The notes under the pieces were generated by a model that had not been told where the DNA came from, searched no databases, and worked only from the letters and a program-made list of their open reading frames with translations. From positions 255,254,001 through 255,318,000 of the forward strand of contig OZ024742.1 of the NCBI GenBank assembly GCA_964016885.1: a stretch of DNA of 64,000 nucleotides, written 5' to 3'. Below are positions 1-15,579 of the stretch, piece after piece (the stretch's first letter is position 1; every line of letters begins with the position of its first letter). A program made the translations under genes and the position numbers. This stretch comes from Eledone cirrhosa. Taxonomy: Eukaryota.

Positions 1-1
1 G

Positions 2-1885
2 CTTCGAAAAGACCATAAAACGGGCAGTGACCCTGTCGCGGGACCACCAACACGGCCAGTCTGTGGAGCTAACATTGCTAGTAACTACAGACTGTCCTAC
101 TTCCTCTCCCTGATCATACGCCCCATCATCGAAATGTCCCCAGATGTATGTGACAGCACGGAGGACCTCCTCAGCAGAATCGGCGTGAGTAACCGATCTA
201 GGGACCTAACAAACTGCATAATAGGTAGTATGGATGTTGTGTCCCTGTATCCATCTATTGACGTGGATTTTGCTGTGGAGAAATGCGTAGAAATGATCAG
301 TGAGAGCAATGTTGAGTTCCGTGGGATTGATACCAGTGAGCTGGGACTCCTACTTAAACTTACCTATAGTAATAATTACCTAGACACATATGACCTTAGC
401 AACCTGTGCCCTACAAGACCAGCAAGAGGCAGACCACCTACCATTACCTCAATGGCCAAGAAAACCCACACAGATAAATGGAACGGGTGGACCAGAGCCA
501 TACGGACACCCGAAAACCACGATGAACTGAAGAAAATTATTGCACATGCGGTAGGGGCCAGCATAAAACTAACCCTTAAGGAACATATGTTCAAATTTAA
601 TGGAAAAACATATGCACAAGAGGAAGGAGCAGCCATTGGTGTTAGCATTGCAGGCGACATAGCTAACTTATTCATGGTATGGTGGGACGGTAGACTTAAA
701 CTTAAGCTTAAAGAACAATTAGAAGACCCCTTAACCCTGATAATGTACTCCCGCTACGTTGATGATATAAACATCGTAGTTAAGACACCCCCACTAGAGA
801 ACAGTCAGGAACTAGAGAAAAACACAATGGAAAGCATCCAGCAAATAGCTAACTCCATCCACCAGAGCATTAGAGTTACTATAGACTACCCAAGTAAACA
901 CCCCAACCATCGATTACCTGTACTAGACACAGAGCTCTGGTTAGATACCATTAATAACAAAAAACAAATCCTCCATTCCCATTATACCAAACCCATGACT
1001 TCCAAACATCTGATCCACCGAAACTCGGCCGTTTCGGACCATACCAAAATCAACATGCTGATTGCGGATTTGGTACGGGTGATGAGAAACGTGTCCCGCA
1101 TGTGCAACCCCGAAGAACTAGAGAGACACATACAACACTTCATACACCGTATGCAGTTCTCTGGCTACAATCAGAGAGATAAAATCAGAGTGTATAGAGG
1201 AGCCAGAACCAAATGGGAAAAAATGGTAAATAATGACATAAATGGGACCTGCCCCTTGTATAGGAGCTAATTTTGGAATAGAATAGAAAGAACTAGGAAC
1301 AAGGCTAATAGAATAAACTGATGGTATGATAGCAATAAATACCAGAGTGTAATGTTCATCGATACAACCCTTAGAGGTGAATTAGCTTACAAATTTAGAA
1401 GGGCCCTAAATAAACATAAACTCAATATTAAGATAGTAGAAAGACCAGGTACCTCCTTAAAAACACTTATTAGCAAGACATACCCTTTTCAAAGACCCTC
1501 ATGTATAGATAAGAAATGTATAACCTGTAAAATAAACCCCCATATTAACTGTAAAACTAGAAATGTAGTGTATAGCATAAGATGTACTGAAGGACAATAT
1601 AGAGACAAAAATATAGTGTACATAGGTGAGACAGCTCGTAGTGTAAGGGAACGGATAAATGAACACTGGCGAGACCTTCAAGATAATAAAGAATCATCTG
1701 TGCTCTACCAACATGCTAAAATAGAACACAAGGGTAAATTAGAGAACATAGAAATAAAAATAGAATCTACACACAGAAAAGACGCAATGTTTAGACAAAT
1801 TACAGAGGCAATAAACATAAAAGAATTACAACCAAAATTAAATAGAAAATATGAGTGGAACAGCAACATCACAACTTACAATTAA
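2..1885 (+). pseudogene. Penelope-like element ORF (RT + C-terminal GIY-YIG endonuclease), cut by window start, two in-frame stops
   Basis: One frame from nt 2: RKDHK..RPV, MDVVSLYPSI, QEEGAAIG, RYVDD, Cys linker CIDKKCITC, VYSI..YIGET..R..EH. ORFs 134-1270 and 1352-1885 share a frame, separated by TAA 1268 and TGA 1319. Confidence 0.93.
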
Positions 1886-2082
1886 GGACAAAATGAAAAC
1901 ACACACATAGAACAAACAACCAACCAGTAACATGTAAATAAACAAATAAATAAATGAACATAAACACACACAGACACCCGGATGTGGCGCATGCGCAGAC
2001 TGAACACACAACACACACACAGAAACAAAATGGCGTAGGACAGAACAAAGGAGAGGCACAGAAACAAAGAAAGGAATCCCCA

Positions 2083-2125
2083 GTCACTGAAGAGGTCACA
2101 GAGTGTGTGACGAAAGAACTATGAC
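2083..2125 (+). ncRNA. Minimal type I hammerhead ribozyme in the PLE 3' pseudo-LTR
   Basis: GTCA-CTGAAGA-G-GTCACA(gagtg)TGTGAC-GAAA-GAAC-TA-TGAC; stems I and II pair; about 200 nt after the PLE stop codon. Confidence 0.85.
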
Positions 2126-2338
2126 AATATATAAACAACTATCTGGTTGTGGAACCAACCAACCAACCAACCAGAAATTTATAAATTTATTATAATAAAT
2201 TGAAGTGAAAGCAATTGGTGCGTGTGTTTCTTATTGGCAACATGACCCTCCCAAAGTATAACAATATCGGTTTCAACACACGATTTCAGATAAAGAATCT
2301 TGCTAAACAAATTCAGAAACGAAATATATATGTATATA

Positions 2339-2493
<155 letters not shown>

Positions 2494-2872
2494 GATTATG
2501 ATATAAATCAGGAGGCAACCACTGTCAAAAATGATACACAATACATTTATAGGATATAGGTATATTCATTTTGTGATAGAAAAGACTTCTACGGGATTAT
2601 AACTGTTTCAATCAACTGATAAAGAATACAATACTCAGTCATTTTCATTTTAATTTCACAAGCAGGCTGATTAAGTGACAGGAACATTAACTGTCAGAAC
2701 CAACAGATATATATACATATATATATAATATAGGAGGTGAGTTTTATTGTAGAACAATAAAACTATGCATATATCGGATAAGTAGCACTCAACAGTTTGT
2801 TGACTGGATACTTCCTTGTTCACAAATGTTTTTTTAGGCATCATATCATAGCTTCGTCAATACTGTACTAAA

Positions 2873-2925
<53 letters not shown>

Positions 2926-2929
2926 TCTA

Positions 2930-3660
2930 TCTGATGAGATCTGTGGATGGGGGAAAGCAGTAGCCAGACAGAGGGTGACATGGTAATGGAATAGCAAAGT
3001 GGATAGAGTCATAAGGACAAGACAGGTGAGGAAAGACTGGAAAAATTGGGGTAGCAGAAACTGGTATCAGGCAGCTAAGTGAGAAGCTTGACAGCAGATA
3101 TACATTGTTCAGAAAGTGGCTGAAAGAAGGTTTGCCAAGGTCTTGCAATGTGGGTATCAGAGACAGGAAGTGTTCCGCATTGCAAGGCAATGTGTCAGAC
3201 CGAATTAGGATGTTAATGGGGAAACATGTTCGAAATTGCACTGGTGCAATTAGCACCACTCATGTTCAAAAGAAAAAGGCCTGGAAACGTTACTATAAGA
3301 GGCCATTTAACGTCTATTTACCATGACTGCAGGGGTTACAGGGGCTTTCATATTTTGAGAATAGAGCAGTCAGTTGGCCACATCTTGCTTAAACATTCCA
3401 TTTGCCCTTGGTTTCTATGCAAACATTTGGCAGCATTTACTGGAAGCAATTTATTGACCACCTAACAGTGCGGGCTGGGCGGTATTTATCTTGGAATCAG
3501 TACTAGCTCTTTACCTAGTGGACTGGGTACATATTATCATGGCACAACCACTGCCATATTACAGATTGGACTGAGTGTATTTTATCGTGGCATATTCACT
3601 ACCATATTACAGAGTGGATTGTGTGTATTTTATCACGGCACAAGTACTGCTCTATTACAG
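2930..3660. mobile_element. Highly decayed RTE LINE fragments and RTE/SINE tail repeats
   Basis: Degenerate similarity to the Cys-rich region and to the tandem 3' tail units of the RTE at 15580-19340. Confidence 0.45.
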
Positions 3661-4208
3661 TCCAAAGGGCTTGTGGTGTCCACAGCCATGATGGGAAAAG
3701 CAGTGAGGGTAATGGATGGTGTTAGTTTTGGGCAGGATGGAAATTATATGTGAAGGAGAGAGCAAGGTTGGAGTTATAGAGGTAACTTTGAAGTGAATGA
3801 GTGACATCCATCATTATATTGTGGAACATTGATCTGACAACATTTTTCCGCTTTTCAATATATTTATTTCTCAAGTTCATATTTTTGTTTTTTTTTATTT
3901 GTGGATATATATTCTTTTTGTTTGTTTTTAGTCAATGATAGACGGAATAAAGTAGAAAAATAATGATATCAGATATTTTTACTGAACTGCACAGCGAAAA
4001 TATCCTTGTAAAAGAAAGAAAATAAAGAGAATTTAAGAAATATAACACGAACTCTTCAGGCCATGCACATGCATATTTATAAACATCTATATAAGAAATA
4101 TAACATGAAAACTAACTTCAATCAATATACCTGAAGAGAGGATGGGACTGACCATTTTTCTTTTGCTTTTTTCCATTGTCTTTGTTCTGTGCATCCTTAC
4201 CCTCAGTT

Positions 4209-4258
<50 letters not shown>

Positions 4259-4445
4259 CTTGGGGATGGTCATATTGTTGTAATAATATTGTTGCCATAA
4301 TAAGAGAACACACTCACTGTTTGGTTGATTTTCGCTTCTGCATCTTTTATATCTCCATACTTAATTTATATGGCAATCAATGTTTATCATTGATTGACCA
4401 ATATATATATATTCAAAACTGGGGGTGGGGGTGAGGGTGAGGGTG

Positions 4446-4500
<55 letters not shown>

Positions 4501-4724
4501 TAGTGGCCTCTCAGTCTTCACCCTGGTCTGTACTGTGTTCAAATCTATTGATAAGGCACCTGTTGTCATCTATCGTAATGTCCATTTTCATTAGAATACA
4601 AGATGTTCAAAAGGTATTTAAATATTTCATAACATTAATTTTTTTAAATTATTTATAATATCTGAATATCTAAAGTAATAAAGAGAATAATAGAAAAATA
4701 TATTCTACGAAAATTATAAAACAT

Positions 4725-5040
4725 TTACAGACCTTCGGTATATACAATGTTTTTTACTTTTTTCTTTGGAGCATATATGAAGAGTTTGTGGGGTCTTCCT
4801 AATCTGGAATAACCTACATACAAATGACGCTGCGAGAAACAGCCTCTTTTAGATGGAGACCAACAACCTGCAGTGTTTGACCTTGGGACTTGTTGATGGT
4901 AATTGCGTAACTGACTCTCACTGGGAATGGCAGTCATTTGAAACAAAAAAGGACATATGTTGGTATTAGCGGTATTCTAAATATAGATGCTATGTCTCCC
5001 TTATCAAATCAAGTGAGGATTTTGGCTTTAATAATGTAAT
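4725..5040 (-). pseudogene. Helitron RepHel PIF1-type helicase C-terminal remnant
   Basis: Minus-strand frames give RIPLIP..FK*LPFPVRVSYAITINKSQGQTL, then frameshifted HLYVGYSRLG..KNIVYTEGL, matching Helitron helicase motifs V/VI and C-terminus. Confidence 0.85.
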
Positions 5041-5339
5041 TCATTCACAACCATATACACCTTATTACACACTCTTGGCTGAACCAGGTCTCTGAGAAGC
5101 ATGGTAACTGTGCCCTTTTGTAATTCAGTTCTGCATGAGCAAGACATCGTCAGCTGACAACACTTGCCTCAAAAAGGACAACTCGTCTAACCTATGCTAG
5201 GGTTGAAAATGGACGTTAAATAATGATGATGATAGTACATATATATATATATATAATCATGTTTACTTCTTCTCATTGGAAGATATCTATTCACAATCCC
5301 CATGTGATATTTAGGGCAAATACAAATTTATTATAATTC

Positions 5340-5377
<38 letters not shown>

Positions 5378-5414
5378 CTCTCTCTCTCTTTCTCCCTCCT
5401 CTCCCCACCCACCC

Positions 5415-5530
<116 letters not shown>

Positions 5531-5531
5531 T

Positions 5532-5956
5532 ATGTTGAAAAGGTAACACACTAGAGAGAGAGAGATACAGTGCGCTATCAATAAAACAGGGAAAAACCAC
5601 CAGTGTATGGAATCTATAACCAATGAAAGACAGAGTATAGACACGATAAGTAAAAATATAAATTAAAGAGTAAATAAATACCTCTATAACTATATAACTT
5701 TATAACGTTATATAGTTATAGAGGTATCTATTTACGCTTTAATTTATATTTTTAATTATCGTGTCTATACTCTGCCTTTCATAGGTTATAGATTCCATAC
5801 ACTGGTAGTTTTTCCTTGTTTTATTGATAGCGCACTGTATCTCTCTCTGGTGTGTTACTTTTTCAACATATTGTATTTTAAAGAGCTCAGGATTTCCTCT
5901 CCTTTGAGCACATTATTTACAGGGAACGGCGAGAGTCTATGGCTCCGTTAATGTAT

Positions 5957-5961
<5 letters not shown>
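5532..5961. repeat. TA-flanked asymmetric palindrome (arms about 165 bp)
   Basis: 5532-5698 is the reverse complement of 5707-5870; the right arm continues about 90 bp to a (TA)n tract; (TA)n also on the left. Confidence 0.9.
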
Positions 5962-6009
<48 letters not shown>

Positions 6010-6793
6010 CAGAAGTAGTGAGAGACACTTATACACATATAGAGAGTAGAAGAAAGAGTGAGTCAGATATCAGACCAGCTGACAACAAACGAAAGAAATG
6101 TTTTTGTTAGTTAGAAAGAAGAGGAGAAGAATTGAGTGAGAGCTGGAGAGAGATATGGAGGTAGAGTGAGTGAGAACTGAAGTAGTGTTTCCTTCTATAT
6201 TGATAGCATGAGGGATAAACGGACAGTACTTGGCTGCTACAAAGAGCAGTATATTCTCCTCCAACTCACCCCTCATTCTATTTTCAGAAAATAAGTTGAC
6301 AGTTAGCTTAATGGAGGTCAGATTAGTTGAAAACATTAAAAACCTTAATTGTTATCAATTTTTTTTAGTGTTATTAGCGGTCAACTTACAAAGTTCCTTC
6401 ATTGCTAGAAGGCTTTGCAAATGTTTATTTGTAAACATACCATTAGATATATGATGTAAATTCACATACTTTAATGCCAGAGCCAAAATTGTATTCTACT
6501 TTCAAGCTGAGCCAGCGTGTACACTTGCAAATGACGTTAATCAGCCCATCTACATAGGTGAAAAACTATATTTTTCGTCTGTTTCAAATTCCAGCAGAGA
6601 GCACCGGAGGCACTGTCTTGATGATGGCCAGTGCCAGAAATGCACATTGACAGCTGTTCCCGCAGCTTCTACTGGAATGCCTTAGAAGGTGCTAGCCATA
6701 AGGTTTTCAATATTCATAACTAGAAGGCTTTCCAAATGTTTATTTATTAAATACCTTACATCATTCGATGTACACATCCACACACACACACAG

Positions 6794-6917
<124 letters not shown>

Positions 6918-7246
6918 CTTGAACAAATATATTTAATGGCTAATAATTGATTCGGGAACCATATCAGTATTCTGCACATAGAGATGATAATTATCGACTA
7001 TAAAATCGATAATAATAATTTATGATAAAAAGAAAAAGAGACCATATCTACGTTTTTTTCTTCTTTTCTTTCACTTCCGTTTAATTTATTTTCTCTCTCT
7101 TTTTTTTCTCCCTCCAATAACTTACAAAGTTATTGACGCACTGGGGATAGACGTATTGTCTTTAATGTATTGAAACATCCGAGACTCCCAGCAGACAACT
7201 GAAGAGGGGACCTCTCTCTTGTTTCTACTTTCCTTTCATTATTTTC

Positions 7247-7430
7247 TTGGATTGGCAGTATCGGTAGAGGGTCGGACACCATGCTTTCCAGCATAGTTAC
7301 GTCCCTTTACAGTCTGAGTTAAAATCCCGCCGAGGTTGACTTTGCCTTTCATCCTTACGGGGTCGATAAAATAAAGTACCAGTAATGCACTGGGTAATTG
7401 CTGGCTTTGTGCCTAAAGTAGAAACAATTA

Positions 7431-7432
<2 letters not shown>
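7247..7432 (+). mobile_element. tRNA-derived SINE with Meta-type central domain
   Basis: A/B-box-like head plus GCCTTTCATCCTTacGGGGTCGATAAAATAAAGTACCAG; four more copies in the window. Confidence 0.8.
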
Positions 7433-7499
<67 letters not shown>

Positions 7500-8354
7500 T
7501 AATAATAAATTTGAAGACTAAAATCCAAAGGGGGCTCGATAAGGATAAATATATATCAGATGTGTGTGTACACGCGTTATATACGTATTTATGTGTGTAT
7601 ATTTATATACGTTTATTTAATTATGTATACACGCACACACTCACATGTATATGTATATATGTTTTTATATCTTTATGTGTATTTGGTGTATACGTTTGTA
7701 TGTGTGCGGGTAAAGGCGTTGTTTGGGTTCTGTATGTGCGTGCGTGTGTTTTTTTCTTTGGGGAGGGGGGTATTTGCATACCCATGGCGAGTGGTTTCGC
7801 GTATGCCTGTGTATGTACGTATTTGGATGCGTGTATGTATATATTTAATTTCAATTACCTCTGTATTTTATTTACTTTATTCTTAACTCTTAAGCCGAGA
7901 ATCATTCGATTTCCTAAATAGAATTTTAGTCTACGACTTCAGTTATACCATTTACATGGGTTTGTTTTTCTCATTGCTCCACATAATGACGTGTTATCTT
8001 CGTTTTTTCCGTTCATTGCCAGAGAACGTCTCCATGAACCACCTAATAGAATATTAGTCTACGACTTTATTTATACCATAAACGTGGTCTTGTCTTTGAG
8101 TGTAATTGTTCTCACTGCACCAAACAATGACGCATTATCTTCGTTTTTTTTTCGTTCTTTGCCAGGGAACGTTTCTACGAACCAAAGTATCGTCTTTCTG
8201 TCTTCCTTCGGTTGCAACGTTTTTTGAAATATTTACTTCTGCGTTCACAGATTGACGTTTTAATTTCAGAAGATCCCGTTAGGGGTGAAAGCAGCGATTC
8301 TTTGCTGAAACTTTAATCTGTTATTTTAATAAATAAATATATATATATATATAA

Positions 8355-9065
8355 GTATGTATACGTACATATATATATGTATGCAGACGTACAGTAGTAT
8401 GTATATATATATACATACGTGCACACATATATACATGTACGTATGGATTCACCGAACATTTATTATAATGCTCGGTGTATTTGTAAACAAACATCCCGAA
8501 TTAAGCCGTACAGTGTCTAGCAACCATTGTATATATATATACAACAGTAATACTATACTTTACTATACTATATATTTTCAACAGTAATACTATACTATAT
8601 ATTTTTAACAGTAATACTATACTATATATTTACAACAGTAATACTATACTATACTATATATTTTCAACAGTAATACCATACTATATATTTTTAATAGTAA
8701 TACTGTACTATATATTTTCAACAGTAATACTATACTATATATTTTCAACAGTAATACTGTACTATACTATATATTTTCAACAGTAATACTATACTATACT
8801 ATATGTTTTCAACAGTAATATTATACTATATATTTTCAACAGTAATACTGTACTATACTATATATTTTCAACAGTAATACAGTACTATATATATTTTCAA
8901 TAGTAATACTATACTATACGATATAGTTTCAATAGTAATACTATACTACATAGACGGCTTATCGTCTGTTTATCCAAGCGAAGCTAGATACGTCAGCTAT
9001 ATATATATCTGGATGCCGTAGAACACGCCAATTGTATCCGGGTGCCAACCGGACGGGCTAGCTAG
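8355..9065 (+). mobile_element. Non-autonomous Helitron-like element with internal minisatellite
   Basis: Subterminal hairpin TCCGG-gtgccaa-CCGGA (9037-9053) followed by CTAG|T (9062-9066); 8357-8530 is homologous to the 29883-30785 tandem unit. 5' boundary uncertain. Confidence 0.55.
8540..8950. repeat. Minisatellite, 27-32 bp unit (CAACAGTAATACTATACTATATATTTT)
   Basis: More than a dozen tandem units visible. Confidence 0.95.
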
Positions 9066-9238
9066 TATATATATATATATATAAGCAAGATGTATGGTAG
9101 GTCGTATGTGAATCGCGATGATCACGTCTGACCTACCAAATATGTGACGGTAGCTAGTTAAGCTCTATGCGTATAAGCAGAGCAGAAATATTAGTGAAAA
9201 AGAACAAAGGAACTATTATGACATTATAACAAGTTTAT

Positions 9239-9285
9239 TGCCGACAGCCGTTTCGTCCGACCATATAGTGGGACTTTTCAAGGCA
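9239..9285 (-). ncRNA. Type I hammerhead ribozyme, U3-A8 core, GUC site
   Basis: Reverse complement of 9513-9559. Confidence 0.85.
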
Positions 9286-9512
9286 TATAACATGTTATTG
9301 TAAGATCATTATTTACATCAACGTATCACTCAAGACTAGCAATTTGAAATTGTGGTATACATCCCTGACCCCCGACAACTAATATAAAAGAGCCCCCTTA
9401 GAATATAGACCCCAACTATACAAGCGGAGCTGCGGATGTATACCACAATTTCAAACTGCTAGTCTTGAGTGATACGTTGATGTAAATAATGATCTTACAA
9501 TCACATGTTATA

Positions 9513-9559
9513 TGCCTTGAAAAGTCCCACTATATGGTCGGACGAAACGGCTGTCGGCA
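9513..9559 (+). ncRNA. Type I hammerhead ribozyme, U3-A8 core, GUC site
   Basis: TGCC-TTGAAAA-GTCC(12 nt)GGAC-GAAA-CGGCTG-TC-GGCA. Confidence 0.88.
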
Positions 9560-9719
9560 ATAAACTTGTTATAATGTCATAATAGTTCCTTTGTTCTTTT
9601 TCACTAATATATATATATATATATATATACTGAAATAAATGTTAAGTGAAAATATCCAAGAGTAAGAGCACTTACTCCATAGGACGAGTTTAGTATAAAT
9701 AATTACAACAGGGACATAA

Positions 9720-9768
9720 ACAGGAACTCAAGTTTCGTTGGGTCAGGGTCCCAATTCATTCAGCCTGT
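9720..9768 (-). ncRNA. Hammerhead-like motif, CUGAAUGA core, GUU site
   Basis: Inverted copy of 9821-9870 with GUU in place of GUA. Confidence 0.65.
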
Positions 9769-9820
9769 CATGAGAAAAATAAAAACAAAGATGGCCATGT
9801 TTGTTATTGTTCTTCTCATG

Positions 9821-9870
9821 ACAGGCTGAATGAATTGGGACCCAGAACCCAACGAAACTTGAGTACCTGT
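9821..9870 (+). ncRNA. Hammerhead-like motif with a 1-nt core insertion
   Basis: ACAGG-CTGAATGA-aTTGGG(8 nt)CCCAAc-GAAA-CTTGAG-TA-CCTGT. Confidence 0.72.
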
Positions 9871-9878
9871 TTATGTCA

Positions 9879-9971
<93 letters not shown>

Positions 9972-11081
9972 GTATAAATCTTCAACATAACACAACATAC
10001 CAGTTTGAAAATCCCACTGAATGCAAGAAGGTTCCCCAGAGAGTTAATGAGTACTTTAAGTTCTCCACAGAAGTTAACAAGGACTTATCAGAATTAATAT
10101 CAATGACAACTTGTTGTAAAGATTTGAATTTTTAAAGAACATAAACCACCAGCGAAGTCATTCTTCCCTTTTTTGAAATTTATTTTACTGTACCAAGGAA
10201 TTCCCTTCCTTTTGCTACTATATGTATATATAGAAAATGGTGTAATAAAAACAAAAAATAGAAGAATAATACGTTTGTAAAGAAAAGAGTATGAACAGAT
10301 CGGGGCCTTCAACTAGTAAGTAAAATAAGTGTATACAGAGCATGTGTGCTAAATGTATTTTTGTATAGATCTGAAGTATGGACAATAAAATGACTAGAAA
10401 GGTTTCATCAAAACTGTATCAGACAGATTTTAGGAATTAAGATTTGATATCAGTTACTGGAGTACTGAGGAGAGTTGGTTGTGAAAGTATTGAAAAGTTC
10501 ATTATTTCAGCTAGATGTGTTGGACTGGTCATGTTATCAAGATGGACGATACCAGGTTAACCAAGAGATTGTTATATATACAGCTTTTAAATAAAAAGAA
10601 GACAACTATCTGTGATCATGCTGACCAACATCTTCTGGTCTTTGCTAAGAATTCCCAATTTCTAATATCTATATCGAGAATCTTCAAATTATCCCTAAGC
10701 ACATCTTTGAATTTAGATGTAATACATGCAAAAGACTACGACTTTCTAGAGCTGGTCCCGTAAAAAATTGCTTGTGGTTGGCTAGACACAAGTTGAATAT
10801 GATGATCTTTTACTGCACAAGTTTGAAGAAAAATCTGTTGTTCTGAAAGTGGTCTGACCAAACACTGTAATTGACTTGATCAGGGCTGCAATATTCATTT
10901 TAAGTATAATATTTGTGAGAAGACATGTGGCTCTGGCTAGTCTGAAGAGCCAATTATGTTCCTTCAATTGGGGTAATTATCGACAACGTTTGAAGAGGTG
11001 GCAATATTCCAAAGAGAATCAGCTATCATCATATATATATATGTATATATGTATATATGTATATATGTATATATGTATGTT

Positions 11082-11176
<95 letters not shown>

Positions 11177-12664
11177 TAAAAAGTGACAAAGGCACTGTGT
11201 AGTTACTAATAAATATTATTTAGAAAACGTAAGAGAAACACACACATAAACACAAGGACAATTCCCATATATATGTATATATAAAATAGTTCATTTGTTT
11301 GTCTGTTTGTCAATCTGTGGTGATGGTGATTATTGTGAGTTATCAATTTCACTATAACTGAGTGTGATGAAAAAGGGAGGGAATGAAGAAGTGAGAATTT
11401 GAGAGAAATCAGCACATGTAATATTAAATAGAACTCTGAAAGCCTAACATGGAACTAAACAAGTAGGTTAACATTGCAAGAATGAGGATGGAAAGAAGTA
11501 GAGATAAAGAGAGCCAAGAAAGTGAGCGATACATGTTCAACATAGTAGCTGACCCTAAAGCAACACACATGCTTACTTCAGTATTGAATGTCCCCTTCTC
11601 TCTCCTGCATGAAAGGAGGCGTGACTAAAACAAGTGAGGAACATGCATTCAATAAACGTAAAACAACACATGACTGCTGCTTTAATATCAAAATCTGCTC
11701 TCTCCTCTAATGGCTGCAGCACATTTTGTCATACATTCTTTATATCTCTTCCATGTCTGTATATATGTCATATCTACTTAATATTTAGCCAATGAAAAAA
11801 AACAGCCCCTATACTGTTTTAAGGCATCGTGTTTGTATTTTAATTCATGCGAAGGGAAATAACTTGAGTAAGCCATGGTTATAATTGGTGGCATCAGTGA
11901 CACTATCGTCATCTCACTGTTAACATGACTACCAAACTCAAGAAATCTTCTAAATATAAGTTTGAAAGCAAATGCAATTGAGAGGAATTCCAGCAATATC
12001 TTGTCAACAACATCTCCATACCATTTAAATACACTAGTCTGCAATATCCAAATAGCTAAATGTCAGAAGAAGAGCGCCCAGGAGTCAAGACCTAGATGTG
12101 GCTCAGCCCCCTTAGAGTGTTCTAAGTTAAGGACTGAAACATTGTTCCAGGAGATTTCTTCTCTGAAGATCTTCTGGTATCCACCTCTCCTATGAGTTTC
12201 ATACCATTATCTTCTTCATACCTTTCCCATATGTGTTTACACCAACCAGAATTTGGTTGGAGTAAACTGTACTTAAAATCGATGTCACAACACACAGCAG
12301 ATAGCAGTTTTTAGACACACCGGACCAATGAAACATTTGTTAAAACTTGGAATAAACCCTACTGTATAGCCGATCCGTGTTATTCTTCACTCCTTTATTA
12401 TTAATACTTCAGGAACCGCTTACCTAGGAACTGTCTGGAATCGGCCACCCAAAAACCACAACTAACTAAACATCTTGTTGAATCAAACAACGCCGAGCGC
12501 TAGAACCATCCCCGATACAGAGTGTCACAACCTCTACTTTGATTGCCTTAAACCATACCTCGTTAACTTAAATATATATACACACACACACATATATATA
12601 TATATAAGTATTGAAGTTTCCGTTGAAGTTTCCTTAGAGAAAAATAACGGTTCCATTCGTGTTT

Positions 12665-12702
<38 letters not shown>

Positions 12703-12727
12703 ATAGAGGTGTAACACACGAGTTATG

Positions 12728-15113
<2,386 letters not shown>

Positions 15114-15205
15114 AAACATGAATGGAACCGTTATTTTTCTCTAAGGACTTTTTTTTCTGATTCCGCTGTGCCTGTCACTTCAATCTTTCTAATTTCTCAT
15201 TCTTT

Positions 15206-15239
15206 CTTCTGATGAAGGACTAGCGTCCGAAACGTTAAG
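15206..15239 (+). ncRNA. Minimal hammerhead ribozyme in short TA-flanked element (about 15111-15330)
   Basis: CTT-CTGATGA-aGGAC(tagc)GTCC-GAAA-CGTT-AAG; palindromic AACGTT stem III; weak stem I. Confidence 0.75.
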
Positions 15240-15579
15240 TCCCTCTTCTTGCTATTTCAAGCGTTAACCTATTATATTACATCCATATACTGTACCGATA
15301 GTGTTGTTATTTCTGTTTACCTTTGATATACATATATATAGAGACAGACATAACAAAACTGTCATAAATCAATTAAAGATTTAATTGAAATCATTGTTAA
15401 TCCTTATTCTTTTATATATATGCTCAGTGATATTGGAAAAGTACTGTGATTGGAAATTTACCAATTGGATTATACTCTGAACTGTCTCTTACCTATCTTG
15501 CTGTGGACTATAAAACCACATTGGGCTTTTAAATGTACTTTGCCTTTATATATTTACATGTATATATGTATGTGTATAT

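Larger units (their letters stand above)
9083..9610. mobile_element. TA-flanked palindromic element with one hammerhead per arm
   Basis: Arms 9188-9364 and 9434-9610 are near-perfect inverted copies, 69 bp spacer, about 105 bp left extension, (TA)n on both sides. Confidence 0.9.
9630..9882. mobile_element. TA-flanked palindromic element with hammerhead-like motif on each arm
   Basis: Arms 9713-9794 and 9795-9877 centred on ATGGCCAT, no spacer; left extension 9630-9712; (TA)n on both sides. Confidence 0.88.

Noticed and set aside
1319-1321. In-frame TGA in the PLE ORF as selenocysteine
   Set aside because: A TAA lies 51 nt upstream in the same frame and the site is not an evident Cys position; ordinary decay is simpler.
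6340-6780. Diverged ~100 bp direct repeat (6375-6470 versus 6690-6780)
   Set aside because: Too degenerate to assign; no coding or structural signal. The same applies to 7920-8190 and 33540-33790.
7170-7220. Partial hammerhead words (also about 2820-2855, 21615-21630 and 29707-29721)
   Set aside because: Only one half of the core is present or the stems do not pair; not counted as ribozymes.
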